Source of the DNA: the human T2T-CHM13v2.0 reference genome, Homo sapiens
DNA: 64,000 bases
NCBI RefSeq assembly: GCF_009914755.1
Contig: NC_060925.1
Strand: one strand, 5' to 3'
Shown: one piece after another, positions 1-13,972 of the stretch
Numbering within the stretch: the first letter of the stretch is position 1
How the letters are laid out: every line of letters begins with the position of its first letter
Notes under the pieces: generated by a model
The model's input: the letters and a program-made list of their open reading frames with translations, nothing else
Databases searched by the model: none
Told to the model about the DNA's origin: nothing
Translations under genes and position numbers: made by a program

Positions 1-389
1 GGTGCTGAGCATTAGGACTTGGACATAGGAATTTGGGGATACGTTCCAACCCATAACATACCCCATGCTTAGCCATAGTATCTCTCAAACACATCACCCT
101 CTTCCCTCTCTCTGTTCTTGCTCATGGGTTCCCTTGACCTGAGATGTCCTTTCCCTTCCATCTCTGTCAACATTCTACCCATCCTTTAAGGCCTACTCAA
201 ACACCACCTCCTCCATGCAGTCTTCCTTCAACCATCTGGTCAGAAACAGTCTCTCTGTTCTTTGCCTTCTCTGACATTCTCTTTGTGCCCTCATTATAGT
301 GCTGTTCTGAAGTCAGCCCCACACTTGATTTAGTTGTGAGATGGTGTGTCCAGGGGCAGAGCCCAGATCAGCCACCTTCCAGCTATGTG

Positions 390-565
390 GTCTAGGACCT
401 CCTTACTCAAGTGTGGCTCATGACCCGCAGCATCCATATCGCCTGATTAGAAATGCAGAATCTCAGGCCCCACCACAGCCCTACTGAAGCTGAACAATCT
501 AGAGTTTATCAAGGTCTTCAGGTATTTCATAGGCACACTACAGTGTGAGAAGCACTGGTCTAGCA
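390..565. mobile_element. MER5A-like hAT DNA transposon relic inserted in a MIR
   Basis: MER5A-type core (tagaaatgcagaatctcaggcccca...ctactgaa...tgagaagcactg) with near-identical 8-bp flanks gtctagga (390-397) and gtctagca (558-565); MIR-like sequence on both sides. Recognised by eye. Confidence 0.65.
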
Positions 566-1628
566 CAAGTTACTTATTTGAGCCTCAGTACTCTAACCTG
601 TAAAGTGGGGATGGTGATAGTACCTGCCTCATAGAATTGTTAGAGGAATAATCGAGAAAATGTGTGTACAGTGCTTAACACAGCACCTGCAGCAGGATAA
701 GTAACTACTAAATAATGGCAGTTATTATTAGTATTAATATACATTCTTAAAGAGCAAAGATCAAGATTAAATAAAAGAATGCAAATAAAGCTTTCAGAAT
801 AACCTCGCTAGGCCCTCAACAGGGGAGAGCTGTTGTTCATCTTAATGACTCTCTCCTGTTTTTCCTACCCACCCCATCTCGGGCTGATGCCTTGCTAAAG
901 TGTTTATTGGTGTTTATTGAGAAGAAGACAGTGGCCAAGTTAACAGGCCCATATGGAGAGGGAGCCCTGGGCCTCATCAGCGCTAATTGCATTCTCTGGC
1001 CAATGCCAAGGCCCTCCTCCCAGGCAGCTGCCCCTTGCCCCAGTTCCACTCCCAGCCAAGAGCCCTGGACACGCATACACAAGAGTTTCCTATCTTCATT
1101 CACCTCCTGCAGTGTCCACAGCAGAAAGAGAGAGAGAGAGAACATGCTGGAATTGTCACTGAGAGTGTAGAGAGGTTGTGGAATGTGATTCTGGAACATG
1201 AGACACTGAGTTTCTGCCGGGAAGGGAAGGGACAGGCATGTCAGGGCTGCCCACTCTGTGCTGGGATCCTCTTGGACCTTTGCAAGTTCCTTGTCTCATT
1301 TTTTCCTCACTACAAAGTCCCTAAGAAGCCATTATTTTTCTTTTCATTTTGTAGATGAGGAAACAGAGGCATATAGAGATTGAAGAGCTTATGTGAGCTC
1401 ACCAGGCTGGTCAGTGACAGAGTTGGGATTCCAATCTGTGTCTCTCCGATCCTAAACCAGCTACCCTGAGACAGATGGGAAGAAAGGGGAAATGGGAAGA
1501 CCTTCAAAACCCCTACTGCCCAGTTCTCTTCAGAGCAGAATAAAGACTAGCATAGAGAAGAAGGCTGCCACACAGGTGAGGACCACAGAGGAACCTTCTG
1601 GAGCAATCTAGAAGGAGGGTGTGTTTGA

Positions 1629-1950
<322 letters not shown>

Positions 1951-3344
1951 TCAAGCTGGGAGGAATCTTGGTGAGCATCCAGTTCAGCCTTCCTGTGGCC
2001 ACTCCTCCCACAGACAGGCAAACGGAGGCCTGGGGGTTTCAGTGGGCCTTGTATTAGCAACGTAAGGAAAATGCACATTTATTGAGTCCTGCACTAGGTG
2101 CTGTCGCGAGTGTCTCATCCCCTCCTTTGGAGGCTGCATGAGCTCACCAGCCCATGACAATCCCTATCAGCTGCCATTCCAAATCTTTTTGGGAATTAGG
2201 TGGGGAACACATGTTTCAAAAACTCTTATCACTCCCATTTTACAGATAAAGCAACCGAGACTCAGAGCGGTGAGGTGACTTTCCCAGGGCCTCAGAACCA
2301 GTGAACAGCAGGGCCAGGATCAAAACCCAGCCCTGCCTGATCCTGAAGCCCGAGATTCCTGCCACTGCCCCACTTAAGAGAAGGAGTCTCAGAGAAAGAA
2401 CACAGATGGAGGCTGCTCTCTTCTGCCCCCTGTAACCACAGCACAGCTTGTCCCAGGGGGTGGGGGACAAGAGTTCCTTTTCCCAAAGCACAGCAGGCAC
2501 AACCCTACGATATTAGGAGGTGGGCAGAAGTCCAGTCTAGAGGCCCCCGCTCAGTGGGAGCCTCTGACACCTACTCACCATTGCCAGAGGTAGAATATTC
2601 CAGACATCTCCAACTCTGAGCCCAGGGGCCCCTGATTCGGCCAGGCCTTGCTTTCCACTGTTCCTGTCCACTCTCTCCAGCCACGTTTGTCTCCCCAATA
2701 CTCACCTCTGTAAGCACCCTGTTTATAGCTGCATTCCTTTGATCGCCGCATCCTTTTTCCTCCTATACTTTTATTTACTTAATATTTTTCGTTAAAGTGA
2801 CTAACTCTTATAATCTGACCTCTTCCTGAAAAATAGCCACAAAATTGCAGCCATAGTATGCTCAACATTCATGTTGAAATCCATAGAAATAAACATGCAA
2901 CTATTAGAATAAAATTTGTTTATTCTTGTACCAATTAAAAGTATCTAAAGTTGCACCAGAAATAAGAGTATCAAATTCCAGAAAACTCTGGCCTACAGAA
3001 ACTGAACTAATCTCCACAATGACTTTTGCACGGCAGTGTTATCCTTACCCTCAATTTGACAAAGAGGAAATTGAGCATCAGGGCGGCTTGCCACCCAAGG
3101 TCACATAGCCAGTGAGTCGAGGAACCCAGGTTGCCTGATTACTGGTGCCCCACTTTCCCTACTGACCTGAAAAATACAGTTACCTCTGCTTCTCCCTCAC
3201 CAACTCTTCCCTGAGTCTCTGGCAGTGGCTTCTGGGCCACTCTGCCAAGGCTACCATCCAAAGAGCTGTCCAGTAGCCTTCCCTTTGTTGAAGCTCCTGT
3301 TTTCTTTTTTTTTTCCAACTATCATTGCATTTATTTTTTTAAAT

Positions 3345-3667
3345 TTTTTTCTTGTTTTTTTAAATTATACTTTAAGCTCTAGGGCACATGTGCACAACGT
3401 GCAGGTTTCTTACATATGTATACATGTGCCATGTTGGTGTGCTGCACCCATGAACTCGTCATTTACATTAGGTATATCTCCTAAAGCTATCCCTCCCCCC
3501 TCCCCCCACCCCACGACAGGCCCCGGTGTGTGATGTTCCCCTTCCTGTGTCCAAGTGTTCTCATTGTTCAATTCCCACCTATAAGTGAGAACATGTGGTG
3601 TTTGGTTTTTTGTCCTTGCGATAGTTTGCTGAGAATTATGGATTCCAGCTTCATCCGTGTCCCTACA
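3345..3667 (-). mobile_element. L1PA 3' end fragment (5'-truncated LINE-1)
   Basis: Classic antisense L1PA 3'UTR: ttatactttaag...catgtgcacaacgtgcaggttt...ccctcccccctccccccacccc...gtgagaacatg. Confidence 0.92.
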
Positions 3668-4609
3668 TTCTTGCAACCTTTGGCACTGTCATATTCAGTC
3701 TGTGAACCCTCCCCCCTGCAGCCTTTGAGGCAACTGGGAAAGAGCAATCAAGATTCTGCAAGGGAGGAAGCCATGCAATGCCTCCAAGTTGTCTAAAACG
3801 TGCACATTCTAACTCTCCCTCCCCAAATGACAGCTTGAAGAGAGGTCTTCCCTGAGTCTAAGCTCCTTCATGCTACAAAGGCCAGCAAAGACATGCGAGA
3901 TTTCTGCAGCCAAGATCAATGTTACAGATCGTTGATTTCATGAAACAGAAATCCACACTGAACCACTTAAGCAAATAAGAAATTCATTGGGAAGATGGGG
4001 GAAAGCTTTCAAATTAAAGGAAAACTGAGACAAACATACAAACCAGATCTCAGAAAGAGTAAGAAACCAAAAATCCAGGTAGCGGTAGCAAAAGGGCATC
4101 TGCCAGGGCCCTGAGGGTGAATTGTGTTCACACAGTCACTATTTCTGTGTGACTCCCTTTATTTAAACTCCAGAGCAATCTCGGGTTCTGAGTTCACCTC
4201 TTAGCTGGGCATTGGACAGGATACCTCGATTGACAGCCCCACCAATCCCATTCATGGCAGAGAAGGGGGTGCTCATACCAGGAGCATCAGGGCTGTCTTA
4301 TCATAATGAGGAGGGATGGGTACTGACATCCAAGATCACCACCACATCACCTTTAGGAGACGCCAAGGGGTCCATTATTTTCACAGTCAAGGTAATTCGA
4401 GGTCCTTATCAGAGCTGCGAAATGATGTAGGTTTCAGTGTGGATGTTCTCAGATAACCAGCTAGACTAAAGGAGGGTGAGAAGACGTTCTCCTGAGGAGG
4501 TCTTGGCCTACAAGTGGTTCTGCCTCCAGATAACTGTCAAGTCCCTTGGTGGTGACCAGAGGTCTAGGGAGAATTCTGCAGGTTCCTACTCACTCATTCT
4601 CGAAGCCTC

Positions 4610-4860
4610 TGTGATGCCTGCTTCCAAAGATGGGCACACAATCTTTCCCATCCCATGTGCCCTTTTGCAAATGTGGCTTTGCTACTCCTCCCACTAAGAG
4701 ATGAAATCTATTCTCCCCACCTTCTTGAATCTGGACCAGCTCTAAGAGTTGCTTTGACAAATAAAATATAGTGGATGCAATGCTGTGTGAGTTACCCATT
4801 GAAGTCTTAAGTGGTCTTTTAGCTTTTGGTTTTGCATTTGGTACCTGAAACTTAGGAAAT
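4610..4860 (+). mobile_element. Old MLT1 (G/H-like) MaLR LTR fragment
   Basis: cttccaaagatgg...cccttttgca..tgtggctttgctactcctccca..aagagatgaaatctatt..cttgaatctgg motif string. Confidence 0.55.
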
Positions 4861-4865
4861 CTACC

Positions 4866-5328
4866 TGTTATGGACTGAATTATTACTGCCTGCCCACCCC
4901 CCACCACCCCCCAAAATTCATATGTTGAAGACCTAATTCCCAATGTGACGTTATTTGGAGATAGAATGCAGATGGAGACCGCCGTCTTCTGCCCCCTGTA
5001 ACCACAGCACAACTTGTCCCGGGGGTTGGGGGACAAGAGTTAAAGTTAAATGAGGTCATAAGGGTGGGGCCCTAATCCAATAGTACTGGTGTGTTTACAA
5101 AGAGAGGAAGAGACACCAGGAGTATGTGTTTGCAGTGGAAGGGCCATGTGAGGACACAGTGAGAAGGTGGCCATCTGAAAGCTAGAAAGAGAGGCTTCAT
5201 CAGAAATGAATTCTGCCAGCACCTGGATCTTGGACTTCCGGTCTTGCGAGTGGTAAGAAAATAAATTTGTGTTTTAAGCCACCCAGATTTTGTGATATCC
5301 TGTTATGGTAGCCCAAGCAGGCTAATGC
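4866..5328 (+). mobile_element. MLT1A-type MaLR solo LTR carrying a 73-bp foreign insert
   Basis: tgttatggactgaat...aaattcatatgttgaa...gaggtcataagggtggggccctaatcc...gccagcacctggatcttggacttcc...tgttatggtagccc; insert at 4969-5041. Confidence 0.85.
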
Positions 5329-5529
5329 ACCTCCAATTTTTAATGGGTGGAATCTCTCAAGGATTAATCCTGGCCCCTTTCTTCATCCCACACTTTAGTA
5401 CTGGTATATCTACCCCAGGACTTAAATGTCACCTATATGTTGGCAACTGTAAAATATAGCTTAAACATGGCCACTTCTCTCCAGCCCTGTTGCCATCACC
5501 TTAATTCAAGCCAATCTTATCTCTTGCCT

Positions 5530-5980
5530 AGTATATCAGTCAGCTAATGCTATGATAATGTTGCATAACAAATACCTCCCCGCCACAACACACAAATCCC
5601 ATTGACCTGCCACAACAAACATTTATTATTCTTGCCAATAGGTTTGTGGGTCATTTCGGAAAGTTCTCTGGGCTACAGGTCAGATTCTGATCTTCTCTGT
5701 AGGTCTCCTCATTCTCTGTGAACCAGCAGCTACCCAAGGCATGTCTTTCTCATGGCAGGTGGCAGATGCATAAAAGAGCGAGCCAAACCATGCAAATGCT
5801 TTTAAAGTCTCTTCTGTGTTCCATCCACTAACATTCTAACATTTAACTAATGTTAAAGCAAGTCACATGGCTAAGCCTAAAGACTAGGGGGCAGAAAAAT
5901 ATATTCCTCCCATGGAAAGGAAGCCATGACAAGAGGCAGGAAAGGAGGAAGAAACAAAGACAAATAATACAGTCTACCAC
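5530..5980 (-). mobile_element. Old MLT1 (I/J-like) MaLR LTR
   Basis: Antisense MLT1 signature: tcagtcagctaatgct..ataatgttgcataacaaa...aagcaagtcacatggctaagcc...tctaccaca. Confidence 0.55.
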
Positions 5981-6295
5981 ACCTGGGCTGCTATAATAGC
6001 CTCTATTACGGGCATCCCTCCCCAAACCACCAGAAGAGCCATCTTTTAAGATAAAAATTGGATCAAGTTGCTTTTCTGCTTAAAACCTCTTGGTGGCTTC
6101 CCATTGCTCATGGAAAAAATTCCAAATTCTTACTGCTGCCTGCAAGGTTCTGCATGGCCTGGCTCCTGCCTCCTGCTTACACCGTTCACCCACTATTCAC
6201 TCTACCCCAGCCACACTGGTCCTCTTTTAATTCCTTGAACTCACCCATCTTAGGAAAGTTCCTCTCCCTAGAAGTCCATCTCCATCTTTCCTCTC

Positions 6296-6658
6296 TGATA
6301 TGGTTTGGCTGTGTCCCCACCCAAATGTTATCTCGAATTGTAGCTCCCATAATCCCCATGTGTTGTGGGAGGACCCCATGGGAAGTAATTGAATCATGGA
6401 GGCAGGTTTTTCCTGGGCTGTTCCCATGATAGTGAACAAGTCTCACAAGATCTGGTGGTTTCATAAAGGGCAGTTCCCCTGCACACTCTCTCTTGCCTGC
6501 CACCATGTAAGATGTGCCTTTGCTCTTCCTTCACCTTCCACCATGATTGTGAGGCCTCCCCAGCCATGTGGAACTGTGAGCCCATTAAATCTGTTTTTCT
6601 TTGTAAATTACGCAGTCTCAGGTATGTCCTAATAGCAGTGTGAGAACGAACTAATACA
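6296..6658 (+). mobile_element. THE1 (C/D-like) solo LTR
   Basis: TGATATGGTTTGGCTGTGTCCCCACCCAAAT start, ...ACTAATACA end, 5-bp TSD ctctc at 6291-6295 and 6659-6663. Confidence 0.93.
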
Positions 6659-6787
6659 CTCTCCCTTCCTGGAAAACTTCTAGTGCTTCAAGTCTCTATT
6701 GAGTTGTCATTTCTTCGGGGAGGACTTGCTTGCCCCTTTCCCACCCTGATACCTTGTATCTTCCTCTTATACATTCTCCTCACTTCC

Positions 6788-7177
6788 TGTTAGGGGTTTA
6801 ATTGTGTCCCCCCAAATTCATATGTTGAAATCCTAACCCTCAGTACCTCAGAATATGACTATATTTGGAGAGAGGTTCTTAAAGAGATGATTAAGTTAAA
6901 ATAAGGTCATTAGGGTAAGCCCTAATCCAATATGGCTGGTGTCTGTAAAAGAAGAGGAGATTGGGACACATACACACACAGAGGGAAGACCATGTGAGGA
7001 TAAAAGGAGGAGGGAGCCATGTGCAAGCCAAGGAGAGAGGCCTCAGAAGAAACCAATCCTGCTGACACCTTGATCTTGGACTTCCAGCCTCCAGAATTGT
7101 GAGAAAATAAATTTATTTTGTTTCAGCTACCGCATCTATGGTATTCCATTATGGCAGCCCAAGTAAACTTTTATACT
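6788..7177 (+). mobile_element. MLT1B-like solo LTR
   Basis: aattgtgtccccccaaattcatatgttgaaatcctaaccc..cagtacctcagaat...ctgctgacaccttgatcttggacttccagcctccagaattgtgagaaaataaattt. Confidence 0.85.
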
Positions 7178-7540
7178 TCTGATACACTTCTTGACTGCAT
7201 GAATCACAAAGGTAATCACATGTTTATGATGTAATTTCTTTTACATGCCTGTCTCTCCCACTAGATGGTGCAACCACACAGAGACGTCATCTGATTTACC
7301 TAGCGTGGTGCTTGGCACATAGTAGGTGCTCAAAAAATTACTTGAATGAATGAATGAATAAATGTGCTTCATCTTAGTTGACAAAGCAACGGGAGAGGCT
7401 GGAGATGGACTTGGTACGGATCCACCCTGCAACTTCCCTTGAGGCATCCACCCTTTTCTCGTTCCTCACAACCCTTCCAAAGCAAAGCTGTTCAACTGTG
7501 AGATTTGCAATTTGATTTACTCCTGAGTGACATCATAGCC

Positions 7541-7554
7541 ATTACCATGGCAAC
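7541..7554. promoter_or_regulatory. RFX X-box candidate next to CRE-like TGACATCA (7528-7535)
   Basis: ATTACCATGGCAAC versus the X-box palindrome GTTNCCATGGNAAC (1 mismatch). Confidence 0.5.
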
Positions 7555-9320
7555 ACCCAGCGATGCCTGTCTGCCAGACAAAGTCTCTCCCATCAGCAAA
7601 GGGCAGATGGACACCCAGGATGGAAAGGAGCCATTTGTGAGGCACAAGCATCAGCCTTTGCTGCCCTGCAGCCAGGGGCTGATGGAGCTGGTGCTGGTAT
7701 ATCAGGGGTGGGTGCCCCTGCGGGGTGGAAGCCTCAAAATCCTTCCTTGCCACGGAAGAACTCTTTATCTCTAAGACAGGCCAGCTGCAGCCAAAAGCAA
7801 AATTACGCCAGTGGGGGCCAAGTATAACACAGGCAACTCTGGCTGGCTTATCTGTGTAATCCTCCCTTCGGCCCTCAAAACACTTGAGCAGTAGACAAAG
7901 CCATTGTTTTCCTGTCTGACTATCTCTCTCTTTCCCTTCCTGATTTCTTACTTTCCCTCCTGCTGCCTTTCTGTCCTCTCTTTCTCTTACCCTACCTCAC
8001 TACCATCTTCTCTCTGTTTTTGTCAACAGTTGTCACAAACCTGAAGTGTGTCAGACCCTGTCTTGGACAGACGTGGAGTATTAACTGGTGTCTAGGATGG
8101 GTCTCTCTCTTATGGAAAAAGGAGTAAAGCCCCACCCTTTCCTTTTGGGAGGAGGTCTTAGGTTGCAGCTTGTGGGTGAGGGGCATTGAAGAGGAAAGAA
8201 ATGTTGCTGGTATGATGAGTAAAACCTCAGAACACATTTCTTATAGCAACAGAATTATAAACAAGAGTTGGTTGTAGTTAAAATACTACTGGTATCTCTC
8301 CAAGTAGTTAGGGATCAAATAAGATTTTATGGATCAGTCTGGAAATCCAACCAGCATCTTAGGTGAAAGGATCCTGATTCTAAACTTTTAGACACTATCT
8401 CACATGCACTGAGAGCTGTATCTAGTGTTCTCCCATTTCCTCTCTCTGTGCTTCTCAGGGCCACTTAGACTTCCTTCATCCCCAGAACCAAAGGGACCAG
8501 AAACTTAGAAGATGTCACAATTTTATCTGCTACTGACCCTGCAGGCAGGGCTGCCTGGTGGTGAAACAATATGGTATGTAACAGAGTCGAGACAGGTTTG
8601 TGTAGGATGGATGCAGGCTCCAACCCTGTGCTGCACTGCCTGGCTGCCCGATCTCCCTCAACGAGCCTCAGTTTTTCACCTGTAAAGTGGGGATAATGCG
8701 TCCACATCTCAGGATCATTGTGAAGAGTGAGGACATCACATATAAAAAAACTGGCCCACAGAAAGCATGGAGTAAATGCCAGCTGTTACAGCAGCTTCTG
8801 TAGGAAGGCAGAGCCTGCCTTGCAGCCACTCCACTGGCAAACGTGTCAATAGGAAGAGTGAGAAGTGAGCAGTGCCTCCTGAGCTGATGCCTACAGAGGA
8901 GCTGTGACAATCTGCCTCTAGAACAACCTCAGCAAGCTGCCTGGCCCAGGGGAAATCCAACCGTGGTGACTTTGCCCAGATTCTGCAAGATGCTTTCTAA
9001 TTGTTGGTGTTCACGAGGGACAAGCAACAGCTGAGCTCATTCCCTTCCTATCAATTTGCAACATCTGCCCCAGCCCTTACTGACAGTAGAGAAAAATAAG
9101 GACTTTCCGATCACACCTTTAGGCCACCAATCTTCAATGAGTTACTGGGCCCTTCCAGAAATCAGATTTTCTAACTGGTCCCTGCATTGGCTCCAGCAGC
9201 TTTGGAGTGTGAGTGCTGTCTCTTTGGAGAGATTGTGGGCTCCTTGAGGGCTCTGCCTTTTTGTTCTGTGTAGCCCCAGCACATAGTAGGGGAAGTCACA
9301 CAGTAGGTATTAATAAATAT

Positions 9321-9836
9321 TGGGTGGATGGATGGATGGATGGATGGATGGATGGATGGATGGATGGATGGATGGATAAATGGGTGGATGAATGGGTGGG
9401 TGGATGGATGGATGGATGGATGGATGGATGGATAGATCAATGGGTGGGTGGGTGTATGGAAGGGTGGATGGATGGATGAATAAATGGATAGATGAATGGG
9501 TGGGTGAATGGATGGGTGGATGGGTGTGTGGGTGGATGGATGGATGGATGGATGGATGAATGGATGGATAGATCAATGGGTGGTTGGGTGTATGGATGGG
9601 TGTATGGATGGATGGATGGATGGATGGATGGATAAATGGATAGATGAATGGGTGTGTGGGTGGGTGAATGCATTGGTGGATGGGTGTGTGAGTGGATGGA
9701 TGGATAAATGGATAGATTAATGGATGGATGCATGGATGGGTGAATGGATGGATGGATGGGTGGATTGGATGGATAGGTGGATGGGTGCATGGGTGGGTGG
9801 GTGGGTGGATGGATGGATGGGTGGGTGGATGAGTGA
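9321..9836 (+). repeat. (GGAT/GGGT)n tetranucleotide-based tandem repeat, about 515 bp
   Basis: Directly visible; source of the HPSI/GWMD nonsense ORFs. Confidence 0.97.
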
Positions 9837-10634
9837 AGTACAATGACTGAAGTAAGAATTGCCTCCTTTCCATAGGGAAATCCAAAAGCATGGGAAGACC
9901 CTGGGCCGAGGGAGCAGAGGCTGAAACTCTGGGAAAAGCTGTGAGGACCACAAAAGTGGTTGGGCCCCTAATGGCCTCAAGACCCGGGGCAAGTCATTTC
10001 TTGTACCCATACAAGGCGTACTTCATAGAGGCGGGTTGGTGGGCTCGGGTCTCAGTGCAGCCTTTTGCATTGTAGATGAGGGCTTGGGCCTCCATTTCCT
10101 CTCCATGGCAGGGGCATAATTATGACAACTCCCTTGTGAGATTCTTGTAAAGTTTTTATTGAGATAATGCTAGCTAAGCAGTTCACAGAGTCTGATGTTT
10201 ATGCATACTCATGATATAGTCAGAATATATTCATGTTATTTATAACACACAAACATTTATAACACATAAACTATTAATATAATTGTCCAAGGCAGAGGAA
10301 TCTCTAGAGAGGGCAGCTACAGAGAGAGGGAGAAGTTTGCCTTTATTTAGTCACATTGTTTTCTGATTTCTTCCCTCCCCAGGTACAACAAACCCCACAG
10401 GAGGCCCAATGACACCCCCTGTCCTAAGTCAGCTCAGGAAGAGGCAGCTGCCATGGTTTAAAGAATGTGGGTTTTTAGGGTAGATAGACCCCACATCTGC
10501 TCCATACCTTGCTGCATGAGTTATTTCCCTTCTCTGAGCCTTAGTTTCCTCATTACAAAAATGTAAATAAAAATATCTTCTTTACATGATCATTGTTACT
10601 AGGATGAGATGAATTTATGTATTTTAAGAACGTG

Positions 10635-10963
<329 letters not shown>

Positions 10964-11519
10964 TCAATTCTCTCCCTCCCCTAGAGAGGCAGGGTAGATA
11001 TAAATCGGGAGTTAGTCCAAGTACAGGAGAGAGATGGTCAACCAGGGGCAGAGCCATCAGGAAAAACTCTGCTCCCAGTCAGCTCTGAAAGGATAAGGCA
11101 GAGCATTCCTGGCAGAGAGCAGTATCTGGAAGTAAATCCAATGTTCCAGAAGCTGAGGGGAGGAGGGGAAGAGGGAAGGAAGGAAGGAGAGGCAGGTGTG
11201 GAAGTTGCAACGGCAATGACAGAGCTCTGCATTTCAGGCAGAGGGAAGGAAGACACAGAACAGCTTGTAATCGTGGAGGACATGATCAGAGCTGGAGTTC
11301 TGAATGGGAAACTGCTGGCCACGTGTGAGGCGGCTAACAGATGGAAAATAACAGAGGCCATGCGTCTAGTGTGGAGGAGATGAGGGGGCCTGAGCCAAGG
11401 CAGTGGCAGTGAGGAAGGGAGACTGGGGAATGGATTTTAAAAATCATTTGAAAATATCCATTGAGCACTTTCCCCCAACCTCTGACCACTCCATATCCAC
11501 TCCAATCCCTCCCTCCAAA

Positions 11520-12035
11520 GTTTCACTCTGCAGCCAAGTGATCATTTTAAAGCAGATCTCATCACATCTCCCCTGCTTACCAGTTCTCTGATGGCTTCTG
11601 AATTCCTTTGAGATAAAAGCCCATGTTCGTTAGACCCCACAGGGTCTGGTGATCAGCCTGTCCCATGCTGCTCCTTGCTCTTCGCTGCTCCAGCCTGTGT
11701 GTTCCCCCAGCACAGGGCCTTTTCACGGGCTGTTCCCTTTCCTGGGAGGCTCTTCCTTCTCCTCCTCCTCTGGTTAACACTCACTCATTGAGATCTCAAT
11801 TCAAGTAGATGTCCCGACCTCCCTGATTAGCTCAAATTCCCCTAGGATAGGCAAGCACCCTGTAGCTCTCTTGATGGCATTTGTCATCCCAGTTGTTTTT
11901 GTACTAACTGATGGCTCCCTCCTCCACTAAAATGTAAGCTCCATGAGGGTCAGCACTGTGTGTTTCTTATCTCATTGTATCCGCAGGGCTTGGCAAATAG
12001 ACGTGCTCAATAAACATGGGTTGAATGCTTGAGTG
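11520..12035 (+). mobile_element. L2 3' fragment
   Basis: cactaaaatgtaagctccatgagggtcag...gcttggcaaatagacgtgctcaataaacatgggttgaatg, typical of the L2 3' end. Confidence 0.6.
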
Positions 12036-12313
12036 AAAGCATGAGCACGCACTGCATGACAGGTACTGTGCTAGGCATGGTGGGAGGCATTGACAGGCAG
12101 GGACTCATTCAGGAGCAGAGAACCAGCCGCCCTAGAAGAGAGCTGTCCTTCTGACCCCCTGTTCCCATTTCCCACTGGCTCCTGTCCAGCGTTCAAAGGG
12201 CCAGAGCATCTCACAGGGCCAGCATCCCCTTGGCAATGTTGCCACCAGTCAGGCATGATTTGATGCTTATCGGGACCATGCTGGCTGGGCCCAGCCTTGG
12301 AAGAGCTAAGGCG

Positions 12314-12327
12314 GATGCCATGGCAAC
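12314..12327. promoter_or_regulatory. RFX X-box candidate
   Basis: GATGCCATGGCAAC, 13/14 match to GTTGCCATGGCAAC; a second X-box-like GTCACCATGGGGAC at 12560-12573. Confidence 0.55.
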
Positions 12328-13840
12328 GACCTAGCTCCTCAGAGGCCCTGGCTTGCTCCTAGGGCTATCAAATCAGGCTTCTCCATTCTCTGGGGACTCC
12401 ACCCAGCATCCAAGGTCACAGCGACAAACGTCTGAGGGAGAAAAACCACCTTCAAATTTACTCGGAATACATCATTGCAATCAATTTCCTCTGAGAGCCC
12501 AGGGGAACCACAGATCAATTAGCCCAGCCCATAGGTCTGTCCACAAGTCCATAGTGACTGTCACCATGGGGACCTGAGTCTCCTCGGTGGAGACAGAGAA
12601 GTCACATCTTACAGCAGGTCGTGGAAAGCTCCATGCAGCAAGCAAGAGGCAGTAATATGGTACTTAGGAGAGAGGCAGGCGTCCTAGGCTCGAATCTTGG
12701 CTCTGCCTCCTACTTCCCTTCACCTCTCCGCATCCAGTGTCCTCACTTACAAAATGAGGATCATCATAAAGACTTATCTTCCGAGGCTCTTGTGAGGACC
12801 AGATCTGCTAATAAGTGAAAATTTCCCGGGCCACCGAGAGTGTACAACAAATCACAGCTGCCTTCATTGGTATCACTGTTGAGAATCCACAAACAGGACC
12901 CTATAGAGAGGTGTTGCTAGTTCTTCTCTGTAGATGCTTAAATTGGATTAGCCACCTTTGGAAAATGATGTGCCAAGGTCCTGGTTCTTTTGGTAGGGCT
13001 GAGACCAAGGGTTACCTGTCTGGATGTTGAAAGGTATGGCTTTCCTGGCCTGAGAGAGGATGGTTTATCTGAAATGAACTAAATTTCTTAAGTCTTGTGC
13101 AATGCAGATGGAGGAAGATTTCTGTGTCAACTCTGTGTGGGGTGGGGGAAGAGGCAGCTTGGCCTGTACCAGGCCCTGTGCTGAGCCCTTGACCTACCTA
13201 ATCTCTTCTGTCTTCACAACAGCCCCATGAGGCAGGTATCGCCATCCTACTTTATAGAGGAGGATATTGAGTTCCGGTAACTTGCCCATGGTCCATCACG
13301 TAATGAGTTCATATATTCTCACAAATACAACTGAGAAGACACAGGGGTAGCTGCTAGCCCACATGCCGTGAAAACCACCATGGGCCATCTTTGGCCAGGA
13401 AGCCACCAGTCCCAGTCTCTCCCTGGACTCTTCCCCAACCCAAATACCAATGTTTTTTGATAAGGATGAGGATTGCATGATTGCATTTGCTTGGACGATG
13501 GTCCTGGCTGGACCCTGGGCTCTTTTGCCAGCATGTGCTAGTTTCCTCCAATTCCATAGCCGGGACTAAGGACCCAGAGCAGACAGGTGCTCCCCTGGAG
13601 GATGTCTGTGAGTTAAATAGGCGAACAGACATCCCTCAGCTCCTAAGCACTATCCCCTCCTTTTTCTCTTTGAAAAGGACTCAGCACAGGCCAGAAGCCA
13701 TTTTCATTTATGCTTTTTGCCCATGTTACACAGGCCATGGAATGTCTGCAAAAGTAAGGAGCAAAGAAGCAGTTGTGAGAGATGATTTTTTTCACACGCT
13801 GTCTCCAGAAGCCCTTGTGAGAGATGATTCTGTTCATGTG

Positions 13841-13972
13841 TTTTCTTTTCTTTTTCTTTTTTTCTTTTTTTTGAGATGGAGTTTCACTCTGTTGCCCAGG
13901 CTGGAGTGCAGTGGTGTGATCTTGGCTCGCTGCAACCTCCGCCTCCCGAGTTCAAGCAATCCTCTGCCTCAG
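13841..13972 (-). mobile_element. Severely 5'-truncated Alu (part of right arm only)
   Basis: T-rich tail plus about 100 bp of antisense Alu; TSD gtgttttct at 13838-13846 and 13973-13981. Confidence 0.9.

Noticed and set aside
9171-10010. Long ORFs (213 aa HPSI-rich; GWMD-rich)
   Set aside because: Translations of the (GGAT)n repeat; no splice or coding signals
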